From assembly GCA_026936335.1 (NCBI GenBank), contig JAPMXV010000027.1:161533-225532 (forward strand): a DNA stretch of 64,000 nucleotides. Direction: 5' to 3'. Positions 22,101 to 37,100 of the stretch are shown in pieces. Both the position numbers and the translations under genes were made by a program. A model generated the notes under the pieces. It made no database searches, was not told the DNA's origin, and was given only the letters and a program-made list of their open reading frames with translations. This DNA is from Mantamonas sphyraenae STR306 (lineage: Eukaryota > Protista > CRuMs). Position 1 is the stretch's first letter. The number at the start of each line of letters is the position of its first letter.

Positions 22101-25100
22101 AACAAGACGCTTGTGATCAACGTGGTGGCTGTGAACGACGCACCTGTGCTGAGTGTGCCTGGGGCACAGAGCACGGCCGAGGATACTGCGCTGACAGTGA
22201 GCGGCGTAAGTGTGGCGGACGTGGACGTTGCGGGCGGAGCGATGAACGTGAACGTGAGTGTGAGTGCTGGCCGAGTGTGGCTGGCGAGCACGAACGGCCT
22301 TGTGTTCAGTGCAGGCAACGGCAGCAGCGACGGACGGGTGGAGTTCAGTGGCAGCGTGACGGATGTGAACAACGCGCTGGCGACTGTTGTGTACATGCCG
22401 GACAGTGCGTTCAACGGAGTGGACAGCATTGTGGTGAGCGTGAACGACGGTGGCAACACGGGCAGTGGCGGAGTGCTTGGAGACAGTGGCAGCATTGTTG
22501 TGACTGTGCTGAGCGTGAACGACGCGCCTGTGCTGAGTGTGCCGAGTGGACAGAGCGGCGTTGAGGACACGGATCTGACGATTGGTGGGATCAGCGTGAG
22601 CGATGTGGACATTGCGGGCAGTCTGCTGCTGGTGAACGTGAGCGCAAGCCAGGGTGTGGTGACACTGGGCAGCATGAGCGGCGTGACGATTGTGGACGGA
22701 GCAGCATCGGGCACGAAGGATGTGCGCTTTGTGGCGACGCTGACAAACGCAAACGCGGCGCTGAACAACATTGTGTACCGTGGAGACGCGGAGTACAATG
22801 GAGGAGACACGATCACGGTGACAGTGAACGACCAGGGCGCTAGTGGCACGGGCGGAGCACTGGGCGACACGCGCACGATTGGTGTGAGTGTGAGTGCGGT
22901 GAACGACGCGCCTGTGCTGACTGTGCCTGGTGGACAGAACGTGAACGAGGACGTTCAGTTGACGATCACGGGTGTTTCGGTGACCGACGTCGACGTGGGT
23001 GCAGGGCTGCTGCAAGTCAACGTGAGTGTGGCTTCCGGTCGTGTGTGGTTGAAGTCCCTGGCCGGCCTTGGAGTGGAAGCAGGCAGTGGCAGCGGTGATG
23101 CCAGCCTGCGTGTGGTCGGCAACCTGACGTCTGTGAATGCGGCGCTGTCCGAAATGGTGTACCAGGGCAACCTGCACTTTGTGGGTGCCGACAGCGTTGC
23201 GATTGCAGTGAACGATCTGGGCAACACCGGGTCGGGTGGTGCTTTGGACGATGCACAGAGCATTGCGGTGACTGTGGCAGGTGTGAACGACGCGCCTGTG
23301 CTGAGTGTGCCGAGTGCGCAGAGCGGCATGGAGGACACGGACATTGCGCTCGGTGGCATCAGCGTGAGCGATGTGGACGTGGCTGCGAACGAACTTGTGG
23401 TTGATCTGCAGGTGAGCAGCGGTGTTCTGACGCTTGGCGGCACGACGACGGGCCTGACGTTTGTGACGGGCGGTCCGTCGCTGAACGCCGTGATGCGCTT
23501 CCGAGGCAGCCTGACGAACATCAACACGGCGATGAGCAGTGTGGTGTACCGTGGCAACACGCACTACAACGGAGCGGACACGGTTCTGGTTACTGTGAAC
23601 GACCAGGGAGCCGTGGGCATTGGTGGTGCTCTGAGCGATGCGGCCAATGTGTCTGTGACTGTGAACGCTGTGAACGACGCGCCTTCGGTCGCTGTGGGTG
23701 GAGCCCAGAATGTGGACGAAGACGAAGTCCTCGGTGTCACAGGGATCTCTGTGGCGGATGTGGATGTCGCTGGAACAAGCATGACGGTGAACGTAAGCGT
23801 GAGCCGTGGTGTGTTGACCCTGGGTTCGTCGACGGGACTTGTGTTTTCAAGTGGCGACGGAGCTGCTGATGCGTCGATGGTGTTTTCAGGCACGCTGACG
23901 AGTGTGAACAGTGCGTTGGCGACGCTGCAGTACCAGGGCAACCTGGACTTCAACGGATTGGACAACGTGGTCGTTGGCGTTAGTGACAACGGAGGTACTG
24001 GAGCTGGTGGGGCTCTGTCAGCTTCCGCCAGCAAGCTTGTGGTTGTGAACGCGGTGAACGACAAGGTGAACATTACTGTGCTGGACACGCAGAGCGTGAA
24101 CGAGGACACGGACCTGAGCATGTATGGCATCAGCATCTCTGATGTGGACATTGGAGGCGACACGATGCTTGTGAACGTGACGGTGACGGAGGGCCTTGTG
24201 AGCCTTGGCAGCACTGCAGGGTTGACGTTTACGCAGGGTGACGGTGCGGCGGACGCGGATGTGCGCTTCTCGGGCAACCTGACGGCAATCAACGCGGCGC
24301 TGAACGGCCTTGTGTATCGCGGTGCGCAGCACTGGAATGGTGCTGAGCTGCTGCGTGTGTGGGCGTCTGATCAGGGCTTCGGCAGTGCGAACGGCACGGT
24401 GACGGAGACGGAGAAGCTTCAGGTGATCAACGTGCTTGCTGTAAACGACGCGCCTGTGATCGGTGTGACAAGCAGCAGCGTGGCGACGGCTGAGGATGTG
24501 AGCGTGAATGTGACTGGCCTGAGTGTGAGTGACGTTGACGTGATGGCATCTGCAGTGTCTGTGAATCTGACTGCGACCAGTGGTGTGATGACGCTCGGAT
24601 CGACGAGTGGGCTCGCTTTCACGCTTGGCAGTGGCAACTCGAACAAGGAGATGCAGTTCTCGGGCACCTTGACTGCAGTGAACGCTGCGTTGGCATCTGG
24701 CGTGTCGTATGTGGGAGATGTGCATTTCAACGGGGCCGACAGCATTGTGATGACTGTGAGTGACCAGGGTGCAAGTGGATCTGGTGGAGAACAGACGGCA
24801 ACGGCGACGATCGCTGTGAGCGTGAGCGCTGTGAATGACGGGCCTGTATTGAGTGTGCCCAGTGCACAGAACGCGGTGGAGGACACTGATCTGACGATCG
24901 GTGGCATTAGCGTGAGTGACGTGGATGTGGCGGGCAGCAACGTGCGTTTCAACGTGAGCGTTAGCAACGGTCGCGTTTGGTTGGCAAGCACGACGGGCCT
25001 TGTGTTCGCAGAGGGCGACGGAGTGTCTGATGTGCGTGTGCGTGCAGAGGGCACGCTGACCGTGGTGAACGCGGCACTTGCCAGCGTTGTCTACCACGGC

Positions 25101-28100
25101 GATGCCAACTTTGTCGGTGTGGATAGCCTGCTTGTCTCTGTGGATGACAATGGCAACACCGGAAGTGGTGGTGTTTTGTCTGCGTCGAATGTGGTGAGCA
25201 TCGTGGTCGCGAGTGTTAACGATGGACCTGTGCTGAGCGTGCCTGGTGGTCAGAGCGCTGTGGAAGACACGACGCTGGTGATCAATGGTATCAGTGTGAG
25301 CGACACGGACGCAGGAACGGGACAGATGTACTTCAATGTGACGAGCGTGAACGGTGTTGTGACTTTTGGCACAACCACGGGTTTCACGTTTGTGGTTGGC
25401 GACGGAGTGTCAGACAGCCGTGTGGAGTTCACGGCATCGCAGCAGGCGTTCAACGCGTCGATGATTGCGAGTGGCCTGGCGTATCGTGGAAACACCCACT
25501 TTGAAGGAGCAGATGTGATCACGTTGACAGTGAATGATCAAGGCAACACGGGCGGATCGGCATTGAACGACACGCGCACGATTGCTGTGAGTGTGAGTGC
25601 GGTGAACGACGCGCCTGTGCTGACTGTGCCCGGTGGACAGAACGTGAACGAGGAGACCGACCTGACGATCGGTGGTATCAGCGTGGCAGATGTGGACGCA
25701 GCAGCCGGTGTGGTTGCCGTGAACGTGAGTGTGACGTCTGGTCAGATGTGGCTGGGCAGCACGAGTGGCCTTGTGTTTGGTGCTGGCAACGGCAGCAGCG
25801 ACGCAACGGTGCGTTTCACGGGCACGTTGACCAACGTGAACGCAGCGCTGACGAACCTGGTGTATCGTGGCAACGTGAACTTCCAGGGCACGGACAGCGT
25901 GGTGTTGAGTGTGAACGATCTGGGCAACACGGGCGCGGGTGGAGCGCTGGGTGACAGTGCCGTGATTGTGGTGACTGTGGCCGAAGTGAACGACGCGCCT
26001 GTGCTGACGGCACCGGCCACTGTGAGTGTGAACGAAGACACGAGCAGTGCCATTGGCGGTCTGAGCGTGGTCGATGGCGACGTTGGCAGCGCGCGCATGC
26101 AACTGCGTCTGAGTGTGTCACAGGGTGTGTTGAGCCTGGGTAGCACAAGCGGACTGTTGTTTGCTGTTGGTGACGGCGTGTCTGACAGCACGATTGAGTG
26201 CAACGGCACGGTGACGGATGTGAACGCGGCTTTGGGCAGCGTGACGTACGTGGCAAACAGCAACTACAACGGAGCGGATACGCTGGCTGTGTTTGTGGAC
26301 GACCTCGGCAACAGTGGTCTGGGAGGAGCACTGAACGACACGGCGAACGTGGCGATCACAGTTGTGGCTGTGAACGACGGCCCTGTGCTGAGTGTTGTGT
26401 CTGCACAGAGTGTTGCTGAGGACGTGGATCTGACGATCAACGGCATCAGCGTGACGGACGTGGACGTTGCAGGCAACGCATTGCAGGCGAACGTGAGCGT
26501 GAGCCAGGGTGTGGTGACCGCAGTGACGACGACGGGCCTGACATTCAGTGTTGGCGACGGTGCGTCGGACGCGACGATGAGCTTCACGGGCACGCTGACC
26601 CAGGTGCAGACGGCACTGGGTGTGCTGGTGTACCGCGGGGCACAGGATTACAACGGCGCAGACACGCTTGTGGTGCGCGTGAGTGACCTGGGCAACGTGG
26701 GTGTGGGTGGAGAGTTGACAGACAGCGGCAGCGTGGGCATCACGGTGACGCCTGTGAACGACCGCCCTGCCATCACACCTGTGGGTGGAGTGAACGTGGA
26801 CGAGGACACGGATCTGACGATTGCAGGCATCACTGTGACGGACATTGACGTGGGCGGAGAGTCCATGGAGATGAACTTGACGGTGACGCATGGTGTGCTG
26901 ACGAGCGTGAACGCAGGCGGCGTGACGTTTGTGTCTGGCACGAGCAACGGAGGACGCAGTCTGGTGCTGAACGGCACGGTGACGGCGCTGAACGCGGCCA
27001 TCGGGCAGTGGTGTACCACGGCGACCTGCACTTCTTTGGCAGCGACTCGCTCGAACTGAGCGTGCGCGACAAGGGCAACACGGGAGCCGGCGGTGAGCAG
27101 ACAGACAGCCAGAGTGTGGCGATCACTGTGAATGGTGTGAACGACGCGCTGGTGATCACTCTGCCGAGTGCACAGAGTGTGGCTGAGGACACGGATCTGA
27201 CGATTGGTGGCATCAGCGTGAGCGATGTGGACGTGGCCGGATTTGCGTTCCGAGTGAACGTGAGTGTGAGCGCAGGCAGCCTGTGGCTGGGCAGCACGAC
27301 GGGTCTGACGTTTGGCAGTGGCGACGGAGTGAACGACACGTGGATTGTGTTTGACGGGTCGATCACGGCTGTGAACGCAGCACTGTCGAACATGGTGTAC
27401 CGTGGAGTGACACAGTACAACGGAGCAGACGGGCTTGTTGTGTGGGTGTCTGACCAGGGAGCAGTCGGCAGCGGTGGTGAGCAGGTGTCGAACAAGACGC
27501 TTGTGATCAACGTGGTGGCTGTGAACGACGCACCTGTGCTGAGTGTGCCTGGGGCACAGAGCACGGCCGAGGACACTGCGCTGACAGTGAGCGGCGTGAG
27601 TGTGGCGGACGTGGACGTCGCGGGCGGAGCGATGAACGTGAACGTGAGTGTGAGTGCTGGCCGAGTGTGGCTGGCGAGCACGAACGGCCTTGTGTTCAGT
27701 GCAGGCAACGGCAGCAGCGACGGACGGGTGGAGTTCAGCGGCAGCGTGACGGATGTGAACAACGCGCTGGCGACAGTTGTGTACATGCCGGACAGTGCGT
27801 TCAACGGAGTGGACAGCATTGTGGTGAGCGTGAACGACGGTGGCAACACGGGCAGTGGCGGAGTGCTTGGAGACAGTGGCAGCATTGTTGTGACTGTGTC
27901 GAGCGTGAACGACGCGCCTGTGCTGAGTGTGCCGAGTGGACAGAGCGGCGTTGAGGACACGGATCTGACGATTGGTGGGATCAGCGTGAGCGATGTGGAC
28001 ATTGCGGGCAGTCTGCTGCTGGTGAACGTGAGCGCAAGCCAGGGTGTGGTGACACTGGGCAGCATGAGCGGCGTGACGATTGTGGACGGAGCAGCATCGG

Positions 28101-31100
28101 GCACGAAGGATGTGCGCTTTGTGGCGACGCTGACAAACGCAAACGCGGCACTGAACAACATTGTGTACCGTGGAGACGCGCAGTACAATGGAGGAGACAC
28201 GATCACGGTGACAGTGAACGACCAGGGCGCTAGTGGCACGGGCGGAGCACTGGGCGACACGCGCACGATTGGTGTGAGTGTGAGTGCGGTGAACGACGCG
28301 CCTGTGCTGACTGTGCCTGGTGGACAGAACGTGAACGAGGAGACCGACCTGACGATCGGCGGTATCAGCGTGGCAGATGTGGACGCAGCAGCCGGTGTGG
28401 TTGCCGTGAACGTGAGTGTGACGTCTGGTCAGATGTGGCTGGGCAGCACGAGCGGCCTTGTGTTTGGTGCTGGCAACGGCAGCAGCGACGCAACGGTGCG
28501 TTTCACGGGCACGTTGACCAACGTGAACGCAGCGCTGACGAACCTGGTGTATCGTGGCAACGCGAACTTCCAGGGCACGGACAGCGTGGTGTTGAGTGTG
28601 AACGATCTGGGCAACACGGGCGCGGGTGGAGCGCTGGGTGACAGTGCCGTGATTGTGGTGACTGTGGCCGAAGTGAACGATGCGCCTGTGCTGACGGCAC
28701 CGGCCACTGTGAGTGTGAACGAAGACACGAGCAGTGCCATTGGCGGTCTGAGCGTGGTCGATGGCGACGTTGGCAGCGCGCGCATGCAACTGCGTCTGAG
28801 TGTGTCACAGGGTGTGTTGAGCCTGGGTAGCACAAGCGGACTGTTGTTTGCTGTTGGTGACGGCGTGTCTGACAGCACGATTGAGTGCAACGGCACGGTG
28901 ACGGATGTGAACGCGGCTTTGGGCAGCGTGACGTACGTGGCAAACAGCAACTACAACGGAGCGGATACGCTGGCTGTGTTTGTGGACGACCTCGGCAACA
29001 GTGGTCTGGGAGGAGCACTGAACGACACGGCGAACGTGGCGATCACGGTTGTGGCTGTGAACGACGGCCCTGTGCTGAGTGTTGTGTCTGCACAGAGTGT
29101 TGCTGAGGACGTGGATCTGACGATCAACGGCATCAGCGTGACGGACGTGGACGTTGCAGGGAACGCATTGCAGGCGAACGTGAGCGTGAGCCAGGGTGTG
29201 GTGACCGCAGTGACGACGACGGGCCTGACATTCAGTGTGGGCGACGGTGCGTCGGACGCGACGATGAGCTTCACGGGCACGCTGACCCAGGTGCAGACGG
29301 CACTGGGTGTGCTGGTGTACCGCGGGGCACAGGATTACAACGGCGCAGACACGCTTGTGGTGCGCGTGAGTGACCTGGGCAACGTGGGTGTGGGCGGAGA
29401 GTTGACAGACAGCGGCAGCGTGGGCATCACGGTGACGCAGGTGAACGACCGCCCTGCCATCACACCTGTGGGTGGAGTGAACGTGGACGAGGACACGGAT
29501 CTGACGATTGCAGGCATCACTGTGACGGACATTGACGTGGGCGGAGAGTCCATGGAGATGAACTTGACGGTGACGCATGGTGTGCTGACGAGCGTGAACG
29601 CAGGCGGCGTGACGTTTGTGTCTGGCACAAGCAACGGAGGACGCAGTCTGGTGCTGAACGGCACGGTGACGGCGCTGAACGCGGCCATCGGGCAGGTGGT
29701 GTACCACGGCGACCTGCACTTCTTTGGCAGCGACTCGCTCGAACTGAGCGTGCGCGACAAGGGCAACACGGGAGCCGGCGGTGAGCAGACAGACAGCCAG
29801 AGTGTGGCGATCACTGTGAATGGTGTGAACGACGCGCTGGTGATCACTCTGCCGAGTGCACAGAGTGTGGCTGAGGACACGGATCTGACGATTGGTGGCA
29901 TCAGCGTGAGCGATGTGGACGTGGCCGGATTTGCGTTCCGAGTGAACGTGAGTGTGAGCGCAGGCAGCCTGTGGCTGGGCAGCACGACGGGTCTGACGTT
30001 TGGCAGTGGCGACGGAGTGAACGACACGTGGATTGTGTTTGACGGGTCGATCACGGCTGTGAACGCAGCACTGTCGAACATGGTGTACCGTGGAGTGACA
30101 CAGTACAACGGAGCAGACGGGCTTGTTGTGTGGGTGTCTGACCAGGGAGCAGTCGGCAGCGGTGGTGAGCAGGTGTCGAACAAGACGCTTGTGATCAACG
30201 TGGTGGCTGTGAACGACGCACCTGTGCTGAGTGTGCCTGGGGCACAGAGCACGGCCGAGGACACTGCGCTGACAGTGAGCGGCGTGAGTGTGGCGGACGT
30301 GGACGTCGCGGGCGGAGCGATGAACGTGAACGTGAGTGTGAGTGCTGGCCGAGTGTGGCTGGCGAGCACGAACGGCCTTGTGTTCAGTGCAGGCAACGGC
30401 AGCAGCGACGGACGGGTGGAGTTCAGCGGCAGCGTGACGGATGTGAACAACGCGCTGGCGACAGTTGTGTACATGCCGGACAGTGCGTTCAACGGAGTGG
30501 ACAGCATTGTGGTGAGCGTGAACGACGGTGGCAACACGGGCAGTGGCGGAGTGCTTGGAGACAGTGGCAGCATTGTTGTGACTGTGTCGAGCGTGAACGA
30601 CGCGCCTGTGCTGAGTGTGCCGAGTGGACAGAGCGGCGTTGAGGACACGGATCTGACGATTGGTGGCATCAGCGTGAGCGATGTGGACATTGCGGGCAGT
30701 CTGCTGCTGGTGAACGTGAGCGCAAGCCAGGGTGTGGTGACACTGGGCAGCATGAGCGGCGTGACGATTGTGGACGGAGCAGCATCGGGCACGAAGGATG
30801 TGCGCTTTGTGGCGACGCTGACAAACGCAAACGCGGCGCTGAACAACATTGTGTACCGTGGAGACGCGCAGTACAATGGAGGAGACACGATCACGGTGAC
30901 AGTGAACGACCAGGGAGCAAGTGGCACGGGTGGAGCACTGGGCGACACGCGCACGATTGGTGTGAGTGTGAGTGCGGTGAACGACGCGCCTGTGCTGACT
31001 GTGCCTGGTGGACAGAACGTGAACGAGGAGACCGACCTGACGATCGGCGGTATCAGCGTGGCAGATGTGGACGCAGCAGCCGGTGTGGTTGCCGTGAACG

Positions 31101-34100
31101 TGAGTGTGACGTCTGGTCAGATGTGGCTGGGCAGCACGAGCGGCCTTGTGTTTGGTGCTGGCAACGGCAGCAGCGACGCAACGGTGCGTTTCACGGGCAC
31201 GTTGACCAACGTGAACGCAGCGCTGACGAACCTGGTGTATCGTGGCAACGCGAACTTCCAGGGCACGGACAGCGTGGTGTTGAGTGTGAACGATCTGGGC
31301 AACACGGGCGCGGGTGGAGCGCTGGGTGACAGTGCCGTGATTGTGGTGACTGTGGCCGAAGTGAACGATGCGCCTGTGCTGACGGCACCGGCCACTGTGA
31401 GTGTGAACGAAGACACGAGCAGTGCCATTGGCGGTCTGAGCGTGGTCGATGGCGACGTTGGCAGCGCGCGCATGCAACTGCGTCTGAGTGTGTCACAAGG
31501 GTGTGTTGAGCCTGGGTAGCACAAGCGGACTGTTGTTTGCTGTTGGTGACGGCGTGTCTGACAGCACGATTGAGTGCAACGGCACGGTGACGGATGTGAA
31601 CGCGGCTTTGGGCAGCGTGACGTACGTGGCAAACAGCAACTACAACGGAGCGGATACGCTGGCTGTGTTTGTGGACGACCTCGGCAACAGTGGTCTGGGA
31701 GGAGCACTGAACGACACGGCGAACGTGGCGATCACGGTTGTGGCTGTGAACGACGGCCCTGTGCTGAGTGTTGTGTCTGCACAGAGTGTGGCTGAGGACG
31801 TGGATCTGACGATCAACGGCATCAGCGTGACGGACGTGGACGTTGCAGGCAACGCATTGCAGGCGAACGTGAGCGTGAGCCAGGGTGTGGTGACCGCAGT
31901 GACGACGACGGGCCTGACATTCAGTGTGGGCGACGGTGCGTCGGACGCGACGATGAGCTTCACGGGCACGCTGACCCAGGTGCAGACGGCACTGGGTGTG
32001 CTGGTGTACCGCGGGGCACAGGATTACAACGGCGCAGACACGCTTGTGGTGCGCGTGAGTGACCTGGGCAACGTGGGTGTGGGTGGAGAGTTGACAGACA
32101 GCGGCAGCGTGGGCATCACGGTGACGCAGGTGAACGACCGCCCTGCCATCACACCTGTGGGTGGAGTGAACGTGGACGAGGACACGGATCTGACGATTGC
32201 AGGCATCACTGTGACGGACATTGACGTGGGCGGAGAGTCCATGGAGATGAACTTGACGGTGACGCATGGTGTGCTGACGAGCGTGAACGCAGGCGGCGTG
32301 ACGTTTGTGTCTGGCACAAGCAACGGAGGACGCAGTCTGGTGCTGAACGGCACGGTGACGGCGCTGAACGCGGCCATCGGGCAGGTGGTGTACCACGGCG
32401 ACCTGCACTTCTTTGGCAGCGACTCGCTCGAACTGAGCGTGCGCGACAAGGGCAACACGGGAGCCGGCGGTGAGCAGACAGACAGCCAGAGTGTGGCGAT
32501 CACTGTGAATGGTGTGAACGACGCGCTGGTGATCACTCTGCCGAGTGCACAGAGTGTGGCTGAGGACACGGATCTGACGATTGGTGGCATCAGCGTGAGC
32601 GATGTGGACGTGGCCGGATTTGCGTTCCGAGTGAACGTGAGTGTGAGCGCAGGCAGCCTGTGGCTGGGCAGCACGACGGGTCTGACGTTTGGCAGTGGCG
32701 ACGGAGTGAACGACACGTGGATTGTGTTTGACGGGTCGATCACGGCTGTGAACGCAGCACTGTCGAACATGGTGTACCGTGGAGTGACACAGTACAACGG
32801 AGCAGACGGGCTTGTTGTGTGGGTGTCTGACCAGGGAGCAGTCGGCAGCGGTGGTGAGCAGGTGTCGAACAAGACGCTTGTGATCAACGTGGTGGCTGTG
32901 AACGACGCACCTGTGCTGAGTGTGCCTGGGGCACAGAGCACGGCCGAGGACACTGCGCTGACAGTGAGCGGCGTGAGTGTGGCGGACGTGGACGTTGCCG
33001 GCGGAGCGATGAACGTGAACGTGAGTGTGAGTGCTGGCCGAGTGTGGCTGGCGAGCACGAACGGCCTTGTGTTCAGTGCAGGCAACGGCAGCAGCGACGG
33101 ACGGGTGGAGTTCAGCGGCAGCGTGACGGATGTGAACAACGCGCTGGCGACAGTTGTGTACATGCCGGACAGTGCGTTCAACGGAGTGGACAGCATTGTG
33201 GTGAGCGTGAACGACGGTGGCAACACGGGCAGTGGCGGAGTGCTTGGAGACAGTGGCAGCATTGTTGTGACTGTGCTGAGCGTGAACGACGCGCCTGTGC
33301 TGAGTGTGCCGAGTGGACAGAGCGGCGTTGAGGACACGGATCTGACGATTGGTGGCATCAGCGTGAGCGATGTGGACATTGCGGGCAGTCTGCTGCTGGT
33401 GAACGTGAGCGCAAGCCAGGGTGTGGTGACACTGGGCAGCATGAGCGGCGTGACGATTGTGGACGGAGCAGCATCGGGCACGAAGGATGTGCGCTTTGTG
33501 GCGACGCTGACAAACGCAAACGCGGCGCTGAACAACATTGTGTACCGTGGAGACGCGCAGTACAATGGAGGAGACACGATCACGGTGACAGTGAACGACC
33601 AGGGAGCGAGTGGCACGGGTGGAGCACTGGGCGACACGCGCACGATTGGTGTGAGTGTGAGTGCGGTGAACGACGCGCCTGTGTTGACTGTGCCTGGTGG
33701 ACAGAACGTGAACGAGGAGACCGACCTGACGATCGGCGGTATCAGCGTGGCAGATGTGGACGCAGCAGCCGGTGTGGTTGCCGTGAACGTGAGTGTGACG
33801 TCTGGTCAGATGTGGCTGGGCAGCACGAGCGGCCTTGTGTTTGGTGCTGGCAACGGCAGCAGCGACGCAACGGTGCGTTTCACGGGCACGTTGACCAACG
33901 TGAACGCAGCGCTGACGAACCTGGTGTATCGTGGCAACGCGAACTTCCAGGGCACGGACAGCGTGGTGTTGAGTGTGAACGATCTGGGCAACACGGGCGC
34001 GGGTGGTGCGCTGGGTGACAGTGCCGTGATTGTGGTGACTGTGGCCGAAGTGAACGATGCGCCTGTGCTGACGGCACCGGCCACTGTGAGTGTGAACGAA

Positions 34101-37100
34101 GACACGAGCAGTGCCATTGGCGGTCTGAGCGTGGTCGATGGCGACGTTGGCAGCGCGCGCATGCAACTGCGTCTGAGTGTGTCACAGGGTGTGTTGAGCC
34201 TGGGTAGCACAAGCGGACTGTTGTTTGCTGTTGGTGACGGCGTGTCTGACAGCACGATTGAGTGCAACGGCACGGTGACGGATGTGAACGCGGCTTTGGG
34301 CAGCGTGACGTACGTGGCAAACAGCAACTACAACGGAGCGGATACGCTGGCTGTGTTTGTGGACGACCTCGGCAACAGTGGTCTGGGAGGAGCACTGAAC
34401 GACACGGCGAACGTGGCGATCACAGTTGTGGCTGTGAACGACGGCCCTGTGCTGAGTGTTGTGTCTGCACAGAGTGTGGCTGAGGACGTGGATCTGACGA
34501 TCAACGGCATCAGCGTGACGGACGTGGACGTTGCAGGCAACGCATTCCAGGCGAACGTGAGCGTGAGCCAGGGTGTGGTGACCGCAGTGACGACGACGGG
34601 CCTGACATTCAGTGTGGGCGACGGTGCGTCGGACGCGACGATGAGCTTCACGGGCACGCTGACCCAGGTGCAGACGGCACTGGGTGTGCTGGTGTACCGC
34701 GGGGCACAGGATTACAACGGCGCAGACACGCTTGTGGTGCGCGTGAGTGACCTGGGCAACGTGGGTGTGGGTGGAGAGTTGACAGACAGCGGCAGCGTGG
34801 GCATCACGGTGACGCAGGTGAACGACCGCCCTGCCATCACACCTGTGGGTGGAGTGAACGTGGACGAGGACACGGATCTGACGATTGCAGGCATCACTGT
34901 GACGGACATTGACGTGGGCGGAGAGTCCATGGAGATGAACTTGACGGTGACGCATGGTGTGCTGACGAGCGTGAACGCAGGCGGCGTGACGTTTGTGTCT
35001 GGCACAAGCAACGGAGGACGCAGTCTGGTGCTGAACGGCACGGTGACGGCGCTGAACGCGGCCATCGGGCAGGTGGTGTACCACGGCGACCTGCACTTCT
35101 TTGGCAGCGACTCGCTCGAACTGAGCGTGCGCGACAAGGGCAACACGGGAGCCGGCGGTGAGCAGACAGACAGCCAGAGTGTGGCGATCACTGTGAATGG
35201 TGTGAACGACGCGCTGGTGATCACTCTGCCGAGTGCACAGAGTGTGGCTGAGGACACGGATCTGACGATTGGTGGCATCAGCGTGAGCGATGTGGACGTG
35301 GCCGGATTTGCGTTCCGAGTGAACGTGAGTGTGAGCGCAGGCAGCCTGTGGCTGGGCAGCACGACGGGTCTGACGTTTGGCAGTGGCGACGGAGTGAACG
35401 ACACGTGGATTGTGTTTGACGGGTCGATCACGGCTGTGAACGCAGCACTGTCGAACATGGTGTACCGTGGAGTGACACAGTACAACGGAGCAGACGGGCT
35501 TGTTGTGTGGGTGTCTGACCAGGGAGCAGTCGGCAGCGGTGGTGAGCAGGTGTCGAACAAGACGCTTGTGATCAACGTGGTGGCTGTGAACGACGCACCT
35601 GTGCTGAGTGTGCCTGGGGCACAGAGCACGGCCGAGGACACTGCGCTGACAGTGAGCGGCGTGAGTGTGGCGGACGTGGACGTTGCGGGCGGAGCGATGA
35701 ACGTGAACGTGAGTGTGAGTGCTGGCCGAGTGTGGCTGGCGAGCACGAACGGCCTTGTGTTCAGTGCAGGCAACGGCAGCAGCGACGGACGGGTGGAGTT
35801 CAGCGGCAGCGTGACGGATGTGAACAACGCGCTGGCGACAGTTGTGTACATGCCGGACAGTGCGTTCAACGGAGTGGACAGCATTGTGGTGAGCGTGAAC
35901 GACGGTGGCAACACGGGCAGTGGCGGAGTGCTTGGAGACAGTGGCAGCATTGTTGTGACTGTGTGAGCGTGAACGACGCGCCTGTGCTGAGTGTGCCGAG
36001 TGGACAGAGCGGCGTTGAGGACACGGATCTGACGATTGGTGGGATCAGCGTGAGCGATGTGGACATTGCGGGCAGTCTGCTGCTGGTGAACGTGAGCGCA
36101 AGCCAGGGTGTGGTGACACTGGGCAGCATGAGCGGCGTGACGATTGTGGACGGAGCAGCATCGGGCACGAAGGATGTGCGCTTTGTGGCGACGCTGACAA
36201 ACGCAAACGCGGCGCTGAACAACATTGTGTACCGTGGAGACGCGCAGTACAATGGAGGAGACACGATCACGGTGACAGTGAACGACCAGGGAGCTAGTGG
36301 CACGGGTGGAGCACTGGGCGACACGCGCACGATTGGTGTGAGTGTGAGTGCGGTGAACGACGCGCCTGTGCTGACTGTGCCTGGTGGACAGAACGTGAAC
36401 GAGGAGACCGACCTGACGATCGGCGGTATCAGCGTGGCAGATGTGGACGCAGCAGCCGGTGTGGTTGCCGTGAACGTGAGTGTGACGTCTGGTCAGATGT
36501 GGCTGGGCAGCACGAGCGGCCTTGTGTTTGGTGCTGGCAACGGCAGCAGCGACGCAACGGTGCGTTTCACGGGCACGTTGACCAACGTGAACGCAGCGCT
36601 GACGAACCTGGTGTATCGTGGCAACGCGAACTTCCAGGGCACGGACAGCGTGGTGTTGAGTGTGAACGATCTGGGCAACACGGGCGCGGGTGGAGCGCTG
36701 GGTGACAGTGCCGTGATTGTGGTGACTGTGGCCGAAGTGAACGATGCGCCTGTGCTGACGGCACCGGCCACTGTGAGTGTGAACGAAGACACGAGCAGTG
36801 CCATTGGCGGTCTGAGCGTGGTCGATGGCGACGTTGGCAGCGCGCGCATGCAACTGCGTCTGAGTGTGTCACAAGGTGTGTTGAGCCTGGGTAGCACAAG
36901 CGGACTGTTGTTTGCTGTTGGTGACGGCGTGTCTGACAGCACGATTGAGTGCAACGGCACGGTGACGGATGTGAACGCGGCTTTGGGCAGCGTGACGTAC
37001 GTGGCAAACAGCAACTACAACGGAGCGGATACGCTGGCTGTGTTTGTGGACGACCTCGGCAACAGTGGTCTGGGAGGAGCACTGAACGACACGGCGAACG

